From the NCBI RefSeq assembly GCF_009914755.1, contig NC_060944.1: DNA of 64,000 bases, one strand, 5' to 3'. This stretch comes from the human T2T-CHM13v2.0 reference genome, Homo sapiens. Positions within the stretch are counted from its first letter, which is position 1. Every line of letters starts with the position of its first letter. The notes under the pieces are model-generated. The model made no database searches. It saw only the letters and a list, made by a program, of their open reading frames with translations, and was not told the origin of the DNA. Shown here piece by piece: positions 28,771 to 42,670 of the stretch. Both the position numbers and the translations under genes were made by a program.

Positions 28771-30559
28771 ATTGTAAATAAAGATACAGAGTGTATGTTT
28801 AAGCAGGTGAGGAGTGTTCTTTGTTGTAGGATGCACTTACAGAGCACAGGTCGAAACCAGCAATCCCTCACTGGAACTAGCATTGGATGGCCATGATGAT
28901 TAGTGTTTGCATCACCAAAAACCCTAAACCAAGACCGGGAAAATCTACAAACTCACCTTGGTTCATACTCCTGCCTAGAGAATGACAGAGAGTGTAGAAC
29001 ATACTTGCCTCAGAGGGATGAGAATCCCATCACAGTTTTGATTCTCACTCTCAAGGCTTTAAAATAAAACAATTTACTTTTCTCCTAAGAACTATCATTT
29101 TCTGCCAAATAACAATATTACTATAAACACTTACTTTTCTAAATTTTGTATTCTAGAAATGCTAGGTGCACTAGAGATGTAAAGGGGAACTAATTGAGGT
29201 GAACAAGAAAGAACATTAGCCTGTGAGTAAAGGAAACAAGTTTCCCAGGTGTAAGCAAAAAATGTGAGAATGTTCCAGACCACCAAGAAACGATAAACAT
29301 AGATATATGACAATCAGAGAAAGTGAAAGAACCTGAACTTATTTTGTAAACCAGAGGGGACAAAGGTGAAAGGGACTTAATGGCCCTGATTATATGGTTT
29401 CCAAATTTTTTCTTTTCTCCACTTGACAAAATAGTGAAAGCTCGCTTAGTCGCAGACTTTCAGAGGTTAAGCACAAGGAAAAATTTCTTAACAAGCAGGA
29501 CTCACTTGACACAAGAATGAATGGCCGGTTGAGTTTGTGAAATATGCTCCAGAGATTTCTCAGAAAAGGCATGGTTCTCATGTGTCTTTGGTTTACCAGT
29601 TAGATGTAGCCTCACTGTGCAGTGGAAAAACTGGATTCACTAGTTGAAACAGAGATCTTCCAGGCTCTGATTCTGTGGTGCAGACATTGGTCCATGGACA
29701 CTGGAAAAATTCAATGATGTGTCCTAAAATTGTGCCTCCCAGAAATCACATTTGGGGCCAAGATTGTGACAAGTGCCTAACATTGTCCAGACTGCAAATA
29801 AGCTCGTGGATGTTGATCTTTCCAGTGTTACATGTGAACACTACACTGGCTCACAAATCATCTTGGTGAGAATTCTCCAAGTATGAAGCATGGTGCACCT
29901 AGACTCCCTAGAAACACTTCACTGTTTAAACACTTAACTATGAAAAACTCTGGATATAAGTCTTTAACTCCCTTCTTTTGTTTGAAGAAATACACACATA
30001 CACTCTCTTACATACAATACTCCAGTCAGGTTAGTTTTGGCTTTCAAATAACCATGAAACACTTCAAATGAAGATGACCGATCCCTCAAGAAAGTTTTCA
30101 GCCCATCTGTTGTCATTGCTTTGACAAAAAATCACCACATCATTTTGTTTTTCTATTTTTTGTTTCATGGCCCTCTTTATCTGTTCATTAATTCCCTGGA
30201 AATAAAGGCCTGTCTTTGACATTACAATCACACCTGACTTAGAAAGTTACACATAGCAGATGCTTTCTTTCCATTAACATACTTGCCATCATTTTATTGC
30301 TTACTTTTCACCATGTATATTATTTCTCCGGAACAAAATGTATGTAATTAGGCTTAATATGTATCAAGTATGCAGTATCTATTGATATCAGTGATGAACA
30401 AAGCAGAATGCAATAGGTTAAGAATTATCTCAAGAACAAAATACTACAACATATAACAAAAACTTGAAACTAGCAATGATATGTTTAAAATTATATTAGG
30501 CTCAAATGTTAATTCAAATTACATAACTGCCCTAACATTCATTTACTTGATAAAGACTC

Positions 30560-31170
30560 TAAGGACTTAATTGGCCACAAGCACAACAGTGATGAAGTTG
30601 TTAAAAATGCAAATGTTCACTCAGATTACATTAACGGAAATTTAACTTTCCTAGGCAAAAAGGAAAAATGCCTGCAATGGACTGAATGTTTTTGTCCCCA
30701 CAAAATTCACATGCTGAAATCCTAATTATCAATGTGATGGTATTAGAAGGTGGGGCACTTGGGGGGTGATTATGTCATGAGGGTAGAGCCCTCATTAATG
30801 GGATGGGTGCCCTTATGAGAGAGACCCCAAAGAGCTCTCTCATTCTCTTTCCACTATGTGGGACTATAACAGGAAGTAGTCAGTTTGCAACTTGCAAGGG
30901 GGCCCTCGCCAAAACTTGACCATGCTGCCATCCAGATCTTGGGCTTCTAAGAACTCCAGAACTGTGAGAAATAAATTTCTGTTGTTTATAAGCCACATGG
31001 TCTATGGTACTTTGTTATAGGAACCTGAACTAAGACAATGTTCCAATGTTTTTTGCATTTATCATAGCACTGCAGAGGAACTGTATCAAATCCTTGGGGC
31101 CTGTTTAGAAGGAACATTGAAGGAATCCAATTGAATGGAATCTGGAAAGTATGTCACATGAAAAGTGGGA
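30560..31170 (+). mobile_element. L3/CR1 fragment split by MLT1A
   Basis: Degenerate CR1 3' ORF2 ('aaatgcaaatgttcactcagattacattaac', 'tctggaaagtatgtcacatgaa') on both sides of the LTR. Confidence 0.5.
30673..31037 (+). mobile_element. MLT1A solo LTR
   Basis: 'tgcaatggactgaatgtttttgtcccc' ... 'agaactgtgagaaataaatttctgttgtttataagccac...actaagaca'. Confidence 0.9.
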
Positions 31171-32515
31171 CTGAGGTGAGACATAGTAAATATTCTTAGT
31201 AGTCTCAGCTCGTGGCAGCCTCCCCGATCTTCTGGAAAGTCACCACAAGCTTTCATTTACCTGGGAATCTTCACAGTCCTGCCCAGAGTGTGTTTTCTCT
31301 CATTCTTTGTTTGTCCAACTCTTTATTTATCCTCCAAATCTTTGTTAGAATATTACTTTCCTGGAGAAATTACCTCAGATCCACACCTAAACTAATCTCC
31401 TACACGTTCACAGCGTATTCCCTAACTTGACCCTCACAAGGCCTGTTCCAATTTAGCATTTAATTATTTTGTGATTCTTTTACATCTTCCTCCATTCCCA
31501 CTACACTATGTCTTTCATGATATCAGAAACCAACTCCAATTTGTTCAATGCTATATTTTATCAAACACCTAGCAGAGCTCATTAGGGTGGCAGCAAATTA
31601 CCCATATGAAGAAAGAATCCACTCATGCATAACTGTCTAAGTCAGAGAGATATAAACCTCAAAGGCAAATCTTTTATTACCAGTAAATTAATGAATAGAT
31701 GAGGAGAGTCATGAAACAAAAATATCAGGTGTAGACTTTAGCAAACTGTCTGAAAAGAGTCCTGGGAAATCAATTATTATTGTATAAGGAAATGAGGAAA
31801 TTGAACCCGAAAACTTACTGCCTTACCAAGTTCATACAACTAGCAAGTGACAGGGGGTGCATTAGATTCTCAACAACTATTTGGTGAATGAATGAATTCA
31901 CAAGATAAGTTACCGCTATCAAGACACAGGGTAGACACATGTTCTCAGGATCTCCTGAGAGCTCGTCATGGAACAAATTTTTTTTTAAGTTGTAGAGCAT
32001 TTCTATGTATAATAATGTTCTTTTGCTTTCAACAAAGTTACTTTTTATAACATCAATATATTATTCCTAGTTTTATATTTTTGAAACTAAAAAATTGATT
32101 CTCTTTTCTCCATGATCTCTTCAATTCATTTCATTCATTCATTGAACCAATATTTATTGATTATACCAAATATCAAATGTTATTTTAAGAACAGAGCACA
32201 TAAAGACATCAAGTCTGCCTCCAGGGAGCTTACTAAGGAACAAATAAAAAATCATCATGTAAATGTAAAATGACCACAGTGCTATATATTTCATAGGAGA
32301 GAAGCGCGGGAGCTCATAATAGGAGAATTTGACCTCATAAGAGTGAGTAGAAAGATAAAAGGCATACATTTTAAGTAGTCAGACAGAGGAGGAAAATGCA
32401 TTCTAACAGAAGCAATGGTATGTGCAAGGACCCTGTAGCAGGAAGCACAATGTGTGTGAGGAACTGAGAAAAAGTCCACGTGGCTGAATCAGAGAATGTG
32501 AACAGTATGTGGTAT

Positions 32516-33807
32516 TGTGTCCTGAACTGGTGGGTTCTTGGTCTCACTTACTTCAAGAATGAAGCTGCGAACCCTCGCGGTGAGTGTTACAGCTCTTAAG
32601 GTGGCGCGTCTGGAGTTTGTTCCTTCTGATGTTCGGATGTGTTCGGAGTTTCTTCCTTCTGGTGGGTTCGTGGTCTAGCTGGCTCAGGCAGGAGTAAAGC
32701 TGCAGACCTCGCGGTATTATAGCTCATAAACGCAGTGTGGACCCAAAGCGTGAGCAGTAGCAGGAATTATTGCAAAGAGTGAAAGAACAAAGTTCCCACA
32801 CTGTGGAAGGGGACCCGAGCGGGTTGCCACTGCTGGCTCGGGCAGCCTGCTTTTATTCTCTTATTGGCCCCACCCACATCCTGCTGATTGGCCCATTTCA
32901 CAGAGAGCCCAGTGGTCTGTTTTGGCGGTGCTGATTGGTGCGTTTACAATCCCTGAGCTAGACACAAAAGTTCTCCACATCCCCACTAGATTAGCTAGAT
33001 ACAGAGTGTGGACAGGAAGGTTCTCCAAGTCCCCACCAGAGTAGCTAGATACAGAGTGTCAATTGGCGCATTCACAAACCCTGAGCTAGACACAGGGTGC
33101 TGACTGGGGTGTTTACAAACCTTGAGCTAGATACAGAGTGCCCATTGGTGTATTTACAATCCCTGAGCTAGACATAAAGGTTCTCTACGTCCCCACCAGA
33201 CTCAGAAGCCCAGCTGGCTTCCCCCAGTGGATCCCGCAGGAGAGCTGCAGGTGGAGCTGCCTGCCAGTCCCAGGCTGTGCGCCCGCACTCCTCAGCCCTT
33301 GGGTGGTCGATGGGACTGGGTGCGTGGAGCAGGGGGCAGCGCTCGTCGGGGAGGCTCAGGCCGCACAGGAGCCCACGGAGGAGCGGGGGGAGGTTCAGGC
33401 ATGGCGGGCTGCAGGTCCCAAGCCCTGCCCCACGGGAAGGCAGCTAAGGCCCGGGGAGAAATTGAGCACAGCAGCTGCTGGCCCAGGTGCTAAGCCCCTC
33501 ACTGCCCGGGCCGGCGGGGTCGCCGGCCGCTCCGAGCGCGGCGTTCGCGGAGGCCACGCCCACCCGGAACTCGCGCTGACCCGCAAGCACCGCGCGCAGC
33601 CCTGGTTCCCGCCCGCGCCTTTCCCTCCACACCTCCCCGCAAACTGAGGGAGCCGGCTCCGGCCTTGGCCAGCCCAGAAAGGGGCTTCCACAAGTGCAGC
33701 GGCGGGCTGAAGGGCTCCTCAAGTGCCGCCAAAGTGGGAGCCCAGGCAGAGGAGGCGCCAAGAGGGAGCGACGGCCGTGAGGACTGCCAGCACGCTGTCA
33801 CCTCTCA
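32516..33807 (-). mobile_element. LTR12C (ERV9) solo LTR
   Basis: Reverse complement begins 'tgagaggtgacagcgtgctggcagtcc' and ends '...ggacaca'; 4-bp TSD gtat at 32512-32515 and 33808-33811. Confidence 0.96.
32840..33200 (-). promoter_or_regulatory. LTR12C core promoter/enhancer: CCAAT (NF-Y) boxes, ~40-bp U3 tandem units, AATAAA-type TATA
   Basis: Repeated 'ctgattgg' and 'gctagatacagagtg'; 'cttttattctc' at ~32850; matches known ERV9 LTR architecture. Confidence 0.7.
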
Positions 33808-34184
33808 GTATGAGTTAAGCCTGGAGATATAGGTAGGGTCCAATCCATGAAAGGACTCTTAGGTAACTCCAAAGATGCTAAGAGCAATGAGAACCACAGG
33901 GAAGTCTAAAGCTACAAAACAACGTTATCAGATTTACATTTTGTAACATGTTGCTGTGATAGATATTTGGGGAATATAGGGGGCAAAGAGCAGAAATAGA
34001 GAGATAACCAGTTGTTGCCGCCAGCAAATATGATGATAGCTTGAATGTAAGGGCATTAGAGAGCAAAGGTGAACTGATTTAATACAGTATTGAAAAGTAA
34101 ACTAAACACGATTTGTTGACAGTTTGGATGAAAAGGGAAAAAAAGGAAAAGATTTTTACAGGTTGATTGTAAAAATGTAAGCAG

Positions 34185-34589
34185 TGGTAGAGTCCTCTAG
34201 TTTCTTATCCCAATATTCACCTTCTCCCTTTCTTCTTAACAATAGAACCTGAAATTTATTTGATGTGCCAGGAGATCCAGATAAGATCTATGTGTTTCTG
34301 TCTCACTTTCAGCTATATATGGTCGTGCATCTTGCTGACGACTGACCAGTAAAATATAAGTGGAAGTGTTGGGGCCTTCTGACATGTTTCCTTTAAAGGA
34401 TGACATCAAGACCTTATTCTTTTTTTTCTAAACCCTTCTATCTAGAAATAAAATGTGAAATTGTAACTTTAGTAGTCAACTTGGACCATGTCATCCCAGG
34501 CCTGCATACCTTTAGCCTTTATTTCCATGAGAAAAATGAAGCTTTTTATGTCTAAATCATCTACAGCCAAGGGAATTTGCTCTAATACA
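34185..34589 (+). mobile_element. Old MLT1 (J/K-like) LTR
   Basis: 'cttctccctttcttcttaacaatagaacc...taagtggaagtg...ctaataca'. Confidence 0.6.
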
Positions 34590-34829
34590 CAGGCATAATC
34601 CACTAGGTAAATAGGAGTGCCATTGACTGGGAGGGAGAAAGCTAGAGGAGGTCCAGGTAATGAAGAAAAACAGCAAGAGTGAAGCATGGTAAGTTTGAGA
34701 TGCTTCAAACACAGCCAAGTAGGCAGTCATATAAACAGGTCTAGAATTCCTAAGATATATACGGATTAAGTGTAGAGATTTGGGATTCACTGACATATAG
34801 AGGGTACTTATAATCATATAAGAAAATAC

Positions 34830-35478
34830 AGCAGATCTATAAACTTAATGCAAATAAAATCTAGATGCCTTTCCATCAGAAATTGAAAACTGGATCCTCA
34901 AATTCATATGAAAATACAAAGATCCCAGCATAGTCAAAGCAGTCTTGAAGAAAAATGTGAGAGTTCCTGATTCTAAACTTAGTACAAAACTACAAAAATA
35001 AGATGGCATGATATTGGCATAAAAATAAATATATCAACCAATGGACTAGTATTCAGAGTCCAGAAATAAAATCCTTACATTTGTGGTCAATTGATTTTTG
35101 ATAGGGGTACAGAAGAAAATTCGTGAATAGAAGTTAGCAAAAAGTAGATCCTAGAACCAAAGATAAGAGCTAAAACTATGAGACCCTTAGAAGAAAATAT
35201 AGAAGTAAAACTTTTTGACATTGTTAATCAAAAAGACTTAGATATAACACCATAAGCACAAGGAAAAAAAGGAACAAAAACAGATAAATCATACTTCATC
35301 AAGGCAAATCACATAGATAATAAAGAACTTGTACTAGGAATATACAGAATCTATGACAACTCAATAATAAAAACACAAAAGATGTGCCTGGCATTTCTCC
35401 AAAGAAGGCATACAAATGGCCAATAAGCACATGAAAACGTTACTCATTAGGGAAACACAAATCAAAACCACAATGAGT
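34830..35478 (+). mobile_element. Old L1M ORF2 3' region, left half (continues at 44142)
   Basis: L1 motifs ending at 'aaatcaaaaccacaatga'. Confidence 0.75.
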
Positions 35479-35589
35479 TACCCCGATTTGATTATTATCC
35501 AATATATACATATATCAGAACATCACATTGCCCCCATAATTATGTACAATTTTTATATGCTAATCAAAAATAAAATGTAACTTAAAAAA
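35479..35589 (+). mobile_element. Short L1MA-type 3' tail
   Basis: 'ccccgatttgattattatcc...catcacattgcccccataattatgtacaatt' plus an A-rich end. Confidence 0.65.
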
Positions 35590-36095
35590 CTTTTTAAACT
35601 TTTGTTTTTATTTTTGTGGGTACATTGTGGGCGTATATATTTATGGGGAACATGAGATGTTTTCATACAGCCATGCAATGTGTAATAATCACATCATGTA
35701 AAATGGGGTATCAATTCCCTGAAGTATTTATCTTGTGTGTTACAAACAATGCAATTATACTGTTAGTTATTTTTAAATGTACAAATAAATTACAGTTGAC
35801 TATAGTCACTCTATTGTGCTATCAAATACTAGGTCTTATTCATTCTTTCTAATGATTTTTTTGTACCTGATTAACCATCCCCATCTCCTTCCCCGAACCC
35901 CAACCTCTCTCTGCTTTTCCCATTCTCTGGTAACCATCTCTCTGCTCTCCATCTTCATTAGTTCAATTATTTTGATTTTTAGATCCCACAAATAAGTGAG
36001 AACATGCGATGTTCGTCTTTCTGTGCCTGGCTTATTTCACTTACCGTAATGAGCTCTAGTTCCATCCATGTTATTGCAAATGACAGGATCTCATT
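35590..36095 (-). mobile_element. L1MA2-like 3' end, left part (continues at 43848)
   Basis: 'tttttgtgggtacattgtgggcgtatatatttatgggg...gacaggatctcattt'. Confidence 0.85.
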
Positions 36096-36272
36096 TACTA
36101 TTATTATTATTTTTATACTTTAAGTTCTGGGATACATGTGCAGAATGTGCAGGCTTGTTACATAGGTGTACACGTGCCATGGTGGTTTGCTGCACCAGTC
36201 AATTCATCATCTACATTAGGTATTTCTCCTAATATTATCCCTCCCCTAGCACCCCACCCATGAACAGGTCCC

Positions 36273-36747
36273 TGAAGGAGATCGGTTAGGGTGGTGGGAT
36301 AAATTTCAGGAAAGATACAAACCTTCTTGGAAGGCCGGGAGGTTTTGCAAAAGCTTCAGAAGGAAATTATGGCTGAAGGCAGCCAAATTCTCTTATCTGG
36401 AGCCTGAGAGCAAAGGCTAGGAATGTAACAAGGGAATGTAAAGGAACTGATCTGGATAAATTTGTTTACTCCTGTCTTCAGAAACCAACCTTTGATCATT
36501 TGCATGCAAGACTGCTCTCTACTCAGGGGGTCAACAATGTTAATTACCTACAAATTGTGTTTGTTCCAAGCCTTTGTCATTAAATCTATACTAAATAAAG
36601 GTGAACATCGCTGGCTTAAGGGGACTGCTGACTGTCTTCGGCCCCTAGTGCCGGCAGTCCCCTAGCCCACTTTTTCACAGTCACCTGTGTCTGAGTACTA
36701 CTGTCATCTGTTGCTTGGCCAGAGTCTGTGGGACAGACTTGGCAGCA
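36273..36747 (+). mobile_element. Solo LTR, LTR22-like (HERV-K HML-5), inside the L1PA7 3'UTR
   Basis: TG...CA ends; 5-bp TSD gtccc/ggccc; AATAAA at ~36594; the L1 sequence is continuous across it. Confidence 0.75.
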
Positions 36748-37670
36748 GGCCCTGGTGTGTGATGTTCCTCTCCCTGTGTCCATGTGATTTCATTGTTCAA
36801 CTCCCACTTATGAGTCAGAATATGCTGTGTTTGGTTTTCTGTTCCTGTGTTCCTTTGTGGAGAATGATCGTTTCCAGCTTCATCCATGTCCCTGCAAAGG
36901 ACATCACCTCATCCTTTTTTTATGGCTGCATATTATTCCATGGTGTATGTGTGCCACATTTTCTTTATCCAGTCTATCATTGATGGGCATTTGGGTTGGT
37001 TCCAAGTCTTTGCTATTGTGAACAGTGCTGCAATAAACATAGGTGTGCATGTGTCTTTATAGTAGAATGATTTATAATCCTTTGGGTATATACCCAGTAA
37101 TGGGATTGCTGGGTCAAATGATATTTCTAATCCTAGATGCTTGAGGAATTGCCACACTGTCTTCTACAATGGTTGAACTAATTTACACTCCCACCAACAG
37201 TGTAAAAGCTTTCCTATTTCTTCACATCCTCTCCAGCATCTGTTGTTTCCTGACTTTTTAATGATTGCCATCCTAACTGGCCTGAGATTGTATCTCATTG
37301 TGGTTTTGATTTGCATTTCTCTAATGACCAGTGATGATGAGCTTTTTTCATATATTTGTTAACCACATAAATGTCTTCTTTTGAGAAGTGTCTGTTCATA
37401 TACTTTGCCCATTTTTGATGGGGTTGTTTGCTTTTTTTTCTTGTAAATTTGTTTAAGTTCTTTGTAGATTCTGGATATTAGCCCATTGTCAGATGGATAG
37501 ATAGCAAAAATTATCTCCCATTCTGTAGGTTGCCTGTTCACTCTGATGATAGTTCCTTTTGCTGTGCAGAAGCTCTTTAGTTTAATTAGATCCCATTTGT
37601 CAATTTTGGCATTTGTTGCCATTGCTTTTGGTGTTTTAGTCATGAGGTCTTTGCCCATGCCTATGTCCTA

Positions 37671-37823
<153 letters not shown>

Positions 37824-40449
37824 TTATTAACTAGGGAATCCTTTACCCATTGCTTGTTTTTCTCAGGCTTGCCAAAGATCAGATGGTTGTAGATGTGTGG
37901 CATTATTTCTGAGGCCTCTGTTCTTTTCCATTGGTCTATATATCTGTTTTAGTACCAGTACCATGTTGTTTTGGTTACTGTAGCCTTGTAATATAGTTTG
38001 AAGTCAGGTAGTGTGATGCCTCCAGCTTTGTTCTCTTTGCTTAGGATTATCTTGGCTATATGGGCTCTTTTTTGGCTCCATATGAAATTTAAAGCAGTTT
38101 TTTTCTAATTATGTGAAGAAAGTCAATGGTAGTTTGATAGGGATAGCATTGAATCTGTAAATTACTTTGGGCAGTATGGCCATTTTCACGATATTGATTG
38201 TTCCTACCCATGAGCATGGAATGTTTTTCCATTTGTTTGTGTCCTCTCTTATTTCCTTGAGCAGTAGTTTGTAGTTCTCCTTAAAGAGGTCCTTCACATC
38301 CCTTGTAAGTTGTATTCCTAGGTATCTTATTCTCTTTGTAGCAATTGTGAATGGGAGTTCACTCATGATTTGGCTTTTTGCCTGTTATTGGTGTATAGGA
38401 ATGCTTATGATTTTTGCACATTGATTTTGTATCCTGAGACTTTGCTGAAGTTGCTTATTAGCTTAAGGAGATTCTGGCCTGAGACGATGGGGTTTTCTAA
38501 ATATACAATCATGTCATCTGCAAACAGAGACAACTTGACTTCCTCTCTTCTTATTTGAATATCTTTTATTTCTTTCTCTTTCCTGATTTCCCTGGCCAGA
38601 ACTTCCAAGACTATGTTGAATAGGAGTGGTGAGAGACAGCATCCTTGTCTTGTGCTGGTTTTCAAAGGGAATGCTTCCAGCTTTTGCCCATTCAGTATGA
38701 TATTGGCTGTGGGTTTGTCATAAATAGCTCCTATTATTTTGAGATACGTTCCATGAATACCTAGTTTTTTGAGAGTTTTTAGCATGCAGGGGTGCTGAAT
38801 TTTATTGAAGGCCTTTTCTGCATCTATTGAGATAATCATGTGGTTTTTGTCATTGGTTCTGTTTATATGATGGATTATGTTTATTGATTTGCATATGTTG
38901 AACCAGCCTTGCATCCCAGGGATGAAGCTGACTTGATCCAGGTGGATCAGCTTTTTGATATGTTGCTGGATTTGGTTTGCCAGTATTTTGTTGAGGATTT
39001 TGGCATCAATGTTCATCAAAGGATATTGATCTGAAATTTTCTGTTTTTGTTGTGTCTTTGCCAGATTTTGGTATCAGGATGATGCTGGCCTCATAAAATG
39101 AGTTAGGGAGAAGTACCTCTTTTTCTGTTGTTTGGAATAGTTTTAGAAGGAGTGGTACCAGCTCCTCTTTGTACCTCTGGTAGAATCCAGCTGTGAATCT
39201 GTCTGGTCCTGGGCTTTTTTATTTTTATTTTTTTTTGGTTGGTAGGCTATTAATTACTGCCTCAATTTCAGAACTTGTTATTGTTCTATTCAGGGATTTG
39301 ACTTCTTCCTGATTTAGTCTTGGGAGTGTGTATATTTCCAGGAATTTATCTATTTCTTCTAGATTTTCTAGTTTATTTGCATATAGGTGCTTATGTATTC
39401 TCTGACGGTAGTTTGTATTTCTGTGGGATCAGTGGTGATAGCCCCTTTATCATTTTTTATTGTGTCTATTAGATTCTTCTCTCTTTTCTTTTTTATTAGT
39501 CTGGTTAGTGGTCTATTTTGTTAATCTTTTCAAAAAAACCAGCTCCAGGATTCATTGATTTTTTTGAAGGGTTTTTCATGTCTCTCCTTCAGTTCCACTA
39601 TGATCTTAGTTATTTCTTGTCTTCTGCTAGCTGTTGAATTTGTTTGCTCTTGCTTCTCTAGTTATTTTAATTGTGATGTTAGGGTGTCAATTTTAGATCT
39701 TTCCTGCTTTCTCCTGTGGGCATTTAGTGCTATAAATTTCCCTCTAAACACTGCTTTAGCTGTGTCCCAGAAATTCTGGTACATTGTATCTTTGTTCTCA
39801 TTGGTTTCAAAGAACTTCTTTATTTCTTCCTTAATTTCATTATTTACCCAGTAGTCATTCAGGAGCAGTTTGTTCAGTTTCCATGTAGTTGTGCTGTGAG
39901 ATTTTTAATTCTGAGTTGTAATTTGATTGCACTGTGGTCTGAGAGACTGTTTGTTATGGTTTCCATTCTTTTGCATTTGCTGAGGAGTGTTTTCTTTCCA
40001 ATCATGTGGTCGATTTTAAAATAAGTGCAACATGGTGCTGAGAAGAATGTATATTCTGTTGACTTGGTGGGGAGAGTTCTGTAGATGTCTATTAGGTCTG
40101 CTTGGTCTATAGCTGAGTTGAAGTCCTGAATATCCTTAATTTTCTGTCTCATTGATCTGTCTAATATTGACAGTGGGGTGTTAAAGTCTCCCATTATTAT
40201 TGTGTGGGAATCTAAGTCTCTTTGTAGGTCTCTAAGAATTTGCTTTATGAATCTGGATGCTCCTGTATTGAGGGCATATATATTTAGGATAGCTATCTCT
40301 TCTTGTTGCATTGATCCCTTTACCATTACATAATGTCCTTCGTTGTCTCCTTTTATCTTTGTTGGTTTAAAGTCTGTTTTATTAGAGACCAGGATTGCAA
40401 CACCTGATTTTTTTTTCTTTCCATTTGCTTAGTAAATATTCCTCCATCC

Positions 40450-40738
<289 letters not shown>

Positions 40739-42670
40739 ACTTCATCCCTTTATTTTGAGCCTATGTGTGTCTTTGCAGGTGAGATGGTCTCCTGAATACA
40801 GCACAGTGATGGGTCTTGACTCTTTATGAAATTTACCAGTCTGTGTCATTTAATTGGGGCATTTAACGCATTTACATTTAGGGTTAATATTGTTATGTGT
40901 GAATTTGATCCTGTCATGATTCTAGCTGTTTATTTTGCCTGTTAGTTGATGCAGTTTCTTCATAGTGTCGATGAGGTTTACAAATTTGGTATGTTTTTGT
41001 AGTGGCTGGTAATGGTTTTTCCTTTTCATACTTACTACTTCCTTCAGGAGCTCTTGTAAGGCAGGCCTGATGGAGACAAAATCTCTCAGCATTTGCTTGT
41101 CTATAAAGGAGTTTATTTCTCCTTCGCTTATGAACTTTAGTTTGACTGGATACGAAATTCTTGGTTGAAAATTCTTTGCTTTAAGAATGTTGAATATTGG
41201 CCCCCACTCTCTTCTGGCTTGTAGGGTTTCTGCAGAGAGATCCACTGTTAGTCTAATGGGCTTCCCTTTGTGGATAACCCGACCTTTCTCTGTGGCTGCC
41301 CTTAACATTTTTTTCTTTCATTTCAACCTTGGTGAATCGACGATTATGTGTCTTGGGGTTGCTTTTCTCAAGGAGTATCTTTGTGGTGTTCTCTGTATTT
41401 TCTGAATTTGAATGTTGATCTGTCTTGCTAGGTTGGGGAAGTTCTCCTAGATAATATCCTAAAGAGTGTTTTCCAACTTGGTTCCATTCTCCTCATCACT
41501 TTCAGGTACACCAATCAAACATAGGTTTTTGTCTTTTCACATAGTCTCATATTGCTTGGAGGCTTTGTTTGTTCCTTTGCGTTCTTTTTTTCTCTAATCT
41601 TGTCTTCATTCTTTATTTCATTAAGTTGATCTTCAATCTCTGATATCCTTTCTTCTGCTTGATCAATTCAGCTATTGATACTTGTGTATGCTTCACAAAG
41701 TTCTCATGCTGTGTTTTTCAGCTCCATCAGGTCATTTGTGATCTTCTCTAAACTGGTTATTCTAGTTAGCAACTCATCTAACCTTTTTTCAAGGTTCTTA
41801 GCTTCCTTGCATTGGGTTAGAACATGCTCCTTTAGCTAGGAGGAGTTTGTTATTACCCACCTTCTGAGGCCTACTTCTGTCAATTCGTCAAACTATTTTC
41901 CATCCAGATTTGTTCCCTTGCGGGCAAGGAGTTGTGATCCTTTGCAGGAGAAGAGGTGTTCTGGTTTTTGGAATTTTCAGCCTTTTTGCACTGGTTTTCC
42001 TCATCTTCGTGGATTTATCTACCTTTGGTCTTAGATGTTGGTGAGCTTCTAATGGGGTTTCTGTGGGGATGTCCTTTTTGTTGACGTTGATGCTATTCCT
42101 TTCTGTTTGTTAGTTTTCCTTCTAACAGTTAGGCACCTCTGCTGCAGTTCTGCTGGAGTTTGCTGGAGGTCCACTCCAGACTCCCTTTGCCTGGGTATCA
42201 CCAGCAGAGGCTGCAGAAAAGCAAATGTTGCTGCCTGTTCCTTCCTCTGGAAGCTTTGTCCCAGAGGGACACCTGCCAGATGCCAGCTAGAGCTCTCCTG
42301 TATGAGGTGTCTCTCGACCCCTGCTGGGAGGTGTCTCCCAGTCAGGAGGCACGGGGGTCAGGGACCCACTTGAGGAGGCAGTCTGTTCCTTGGCAGAGCT
42401 TGACTGCTGTGCTGGGAGATCTGCCATTCTCTTCAGAGCTGGCAGGCAGAAATGTTTAAGTCTGCTGACATTGCACCCACAGCCTCCCCTTCCCCCAAGT
42501 GCTCTGTCTCAGGGAGATGGGAGTTTTATCTAAAAGCCCCTGACTGGGGCTGCTGCGTTTCTTTCACAGATGCATTGCGCAGAGAGGAGGAATCTAGAGA
42601 GGCAGTCTGGCTACAGTGGCTTTGCTGAACTGTGGTGGGCTCTGCCAAGTTCAAACTTCCTGGCAGCTTT

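Larger units (their letters stand above)
32120..34820 (-). mobile_element. L2 LINE split by LTR12C and an MLT1
   Basis: 'cattcattcattgaaccaatatttattga' end, with an L2 body continuing across both insertions. Confidence 0.7.

Noticed and set aside
32940-33195. Regularly spaced ~40-bp repeats superficially like a CRISPR array
   Set aside because: These are ERV9 LTR U3 enhancer units; no unique spacers, no cas genes, primate DNA
33138-33801. Several overlapping 88-169 aa ORFs
   Set aside because: They fall in the GC-rich U3 of LTR12C, where stop codons are rare; no protein family resemblance
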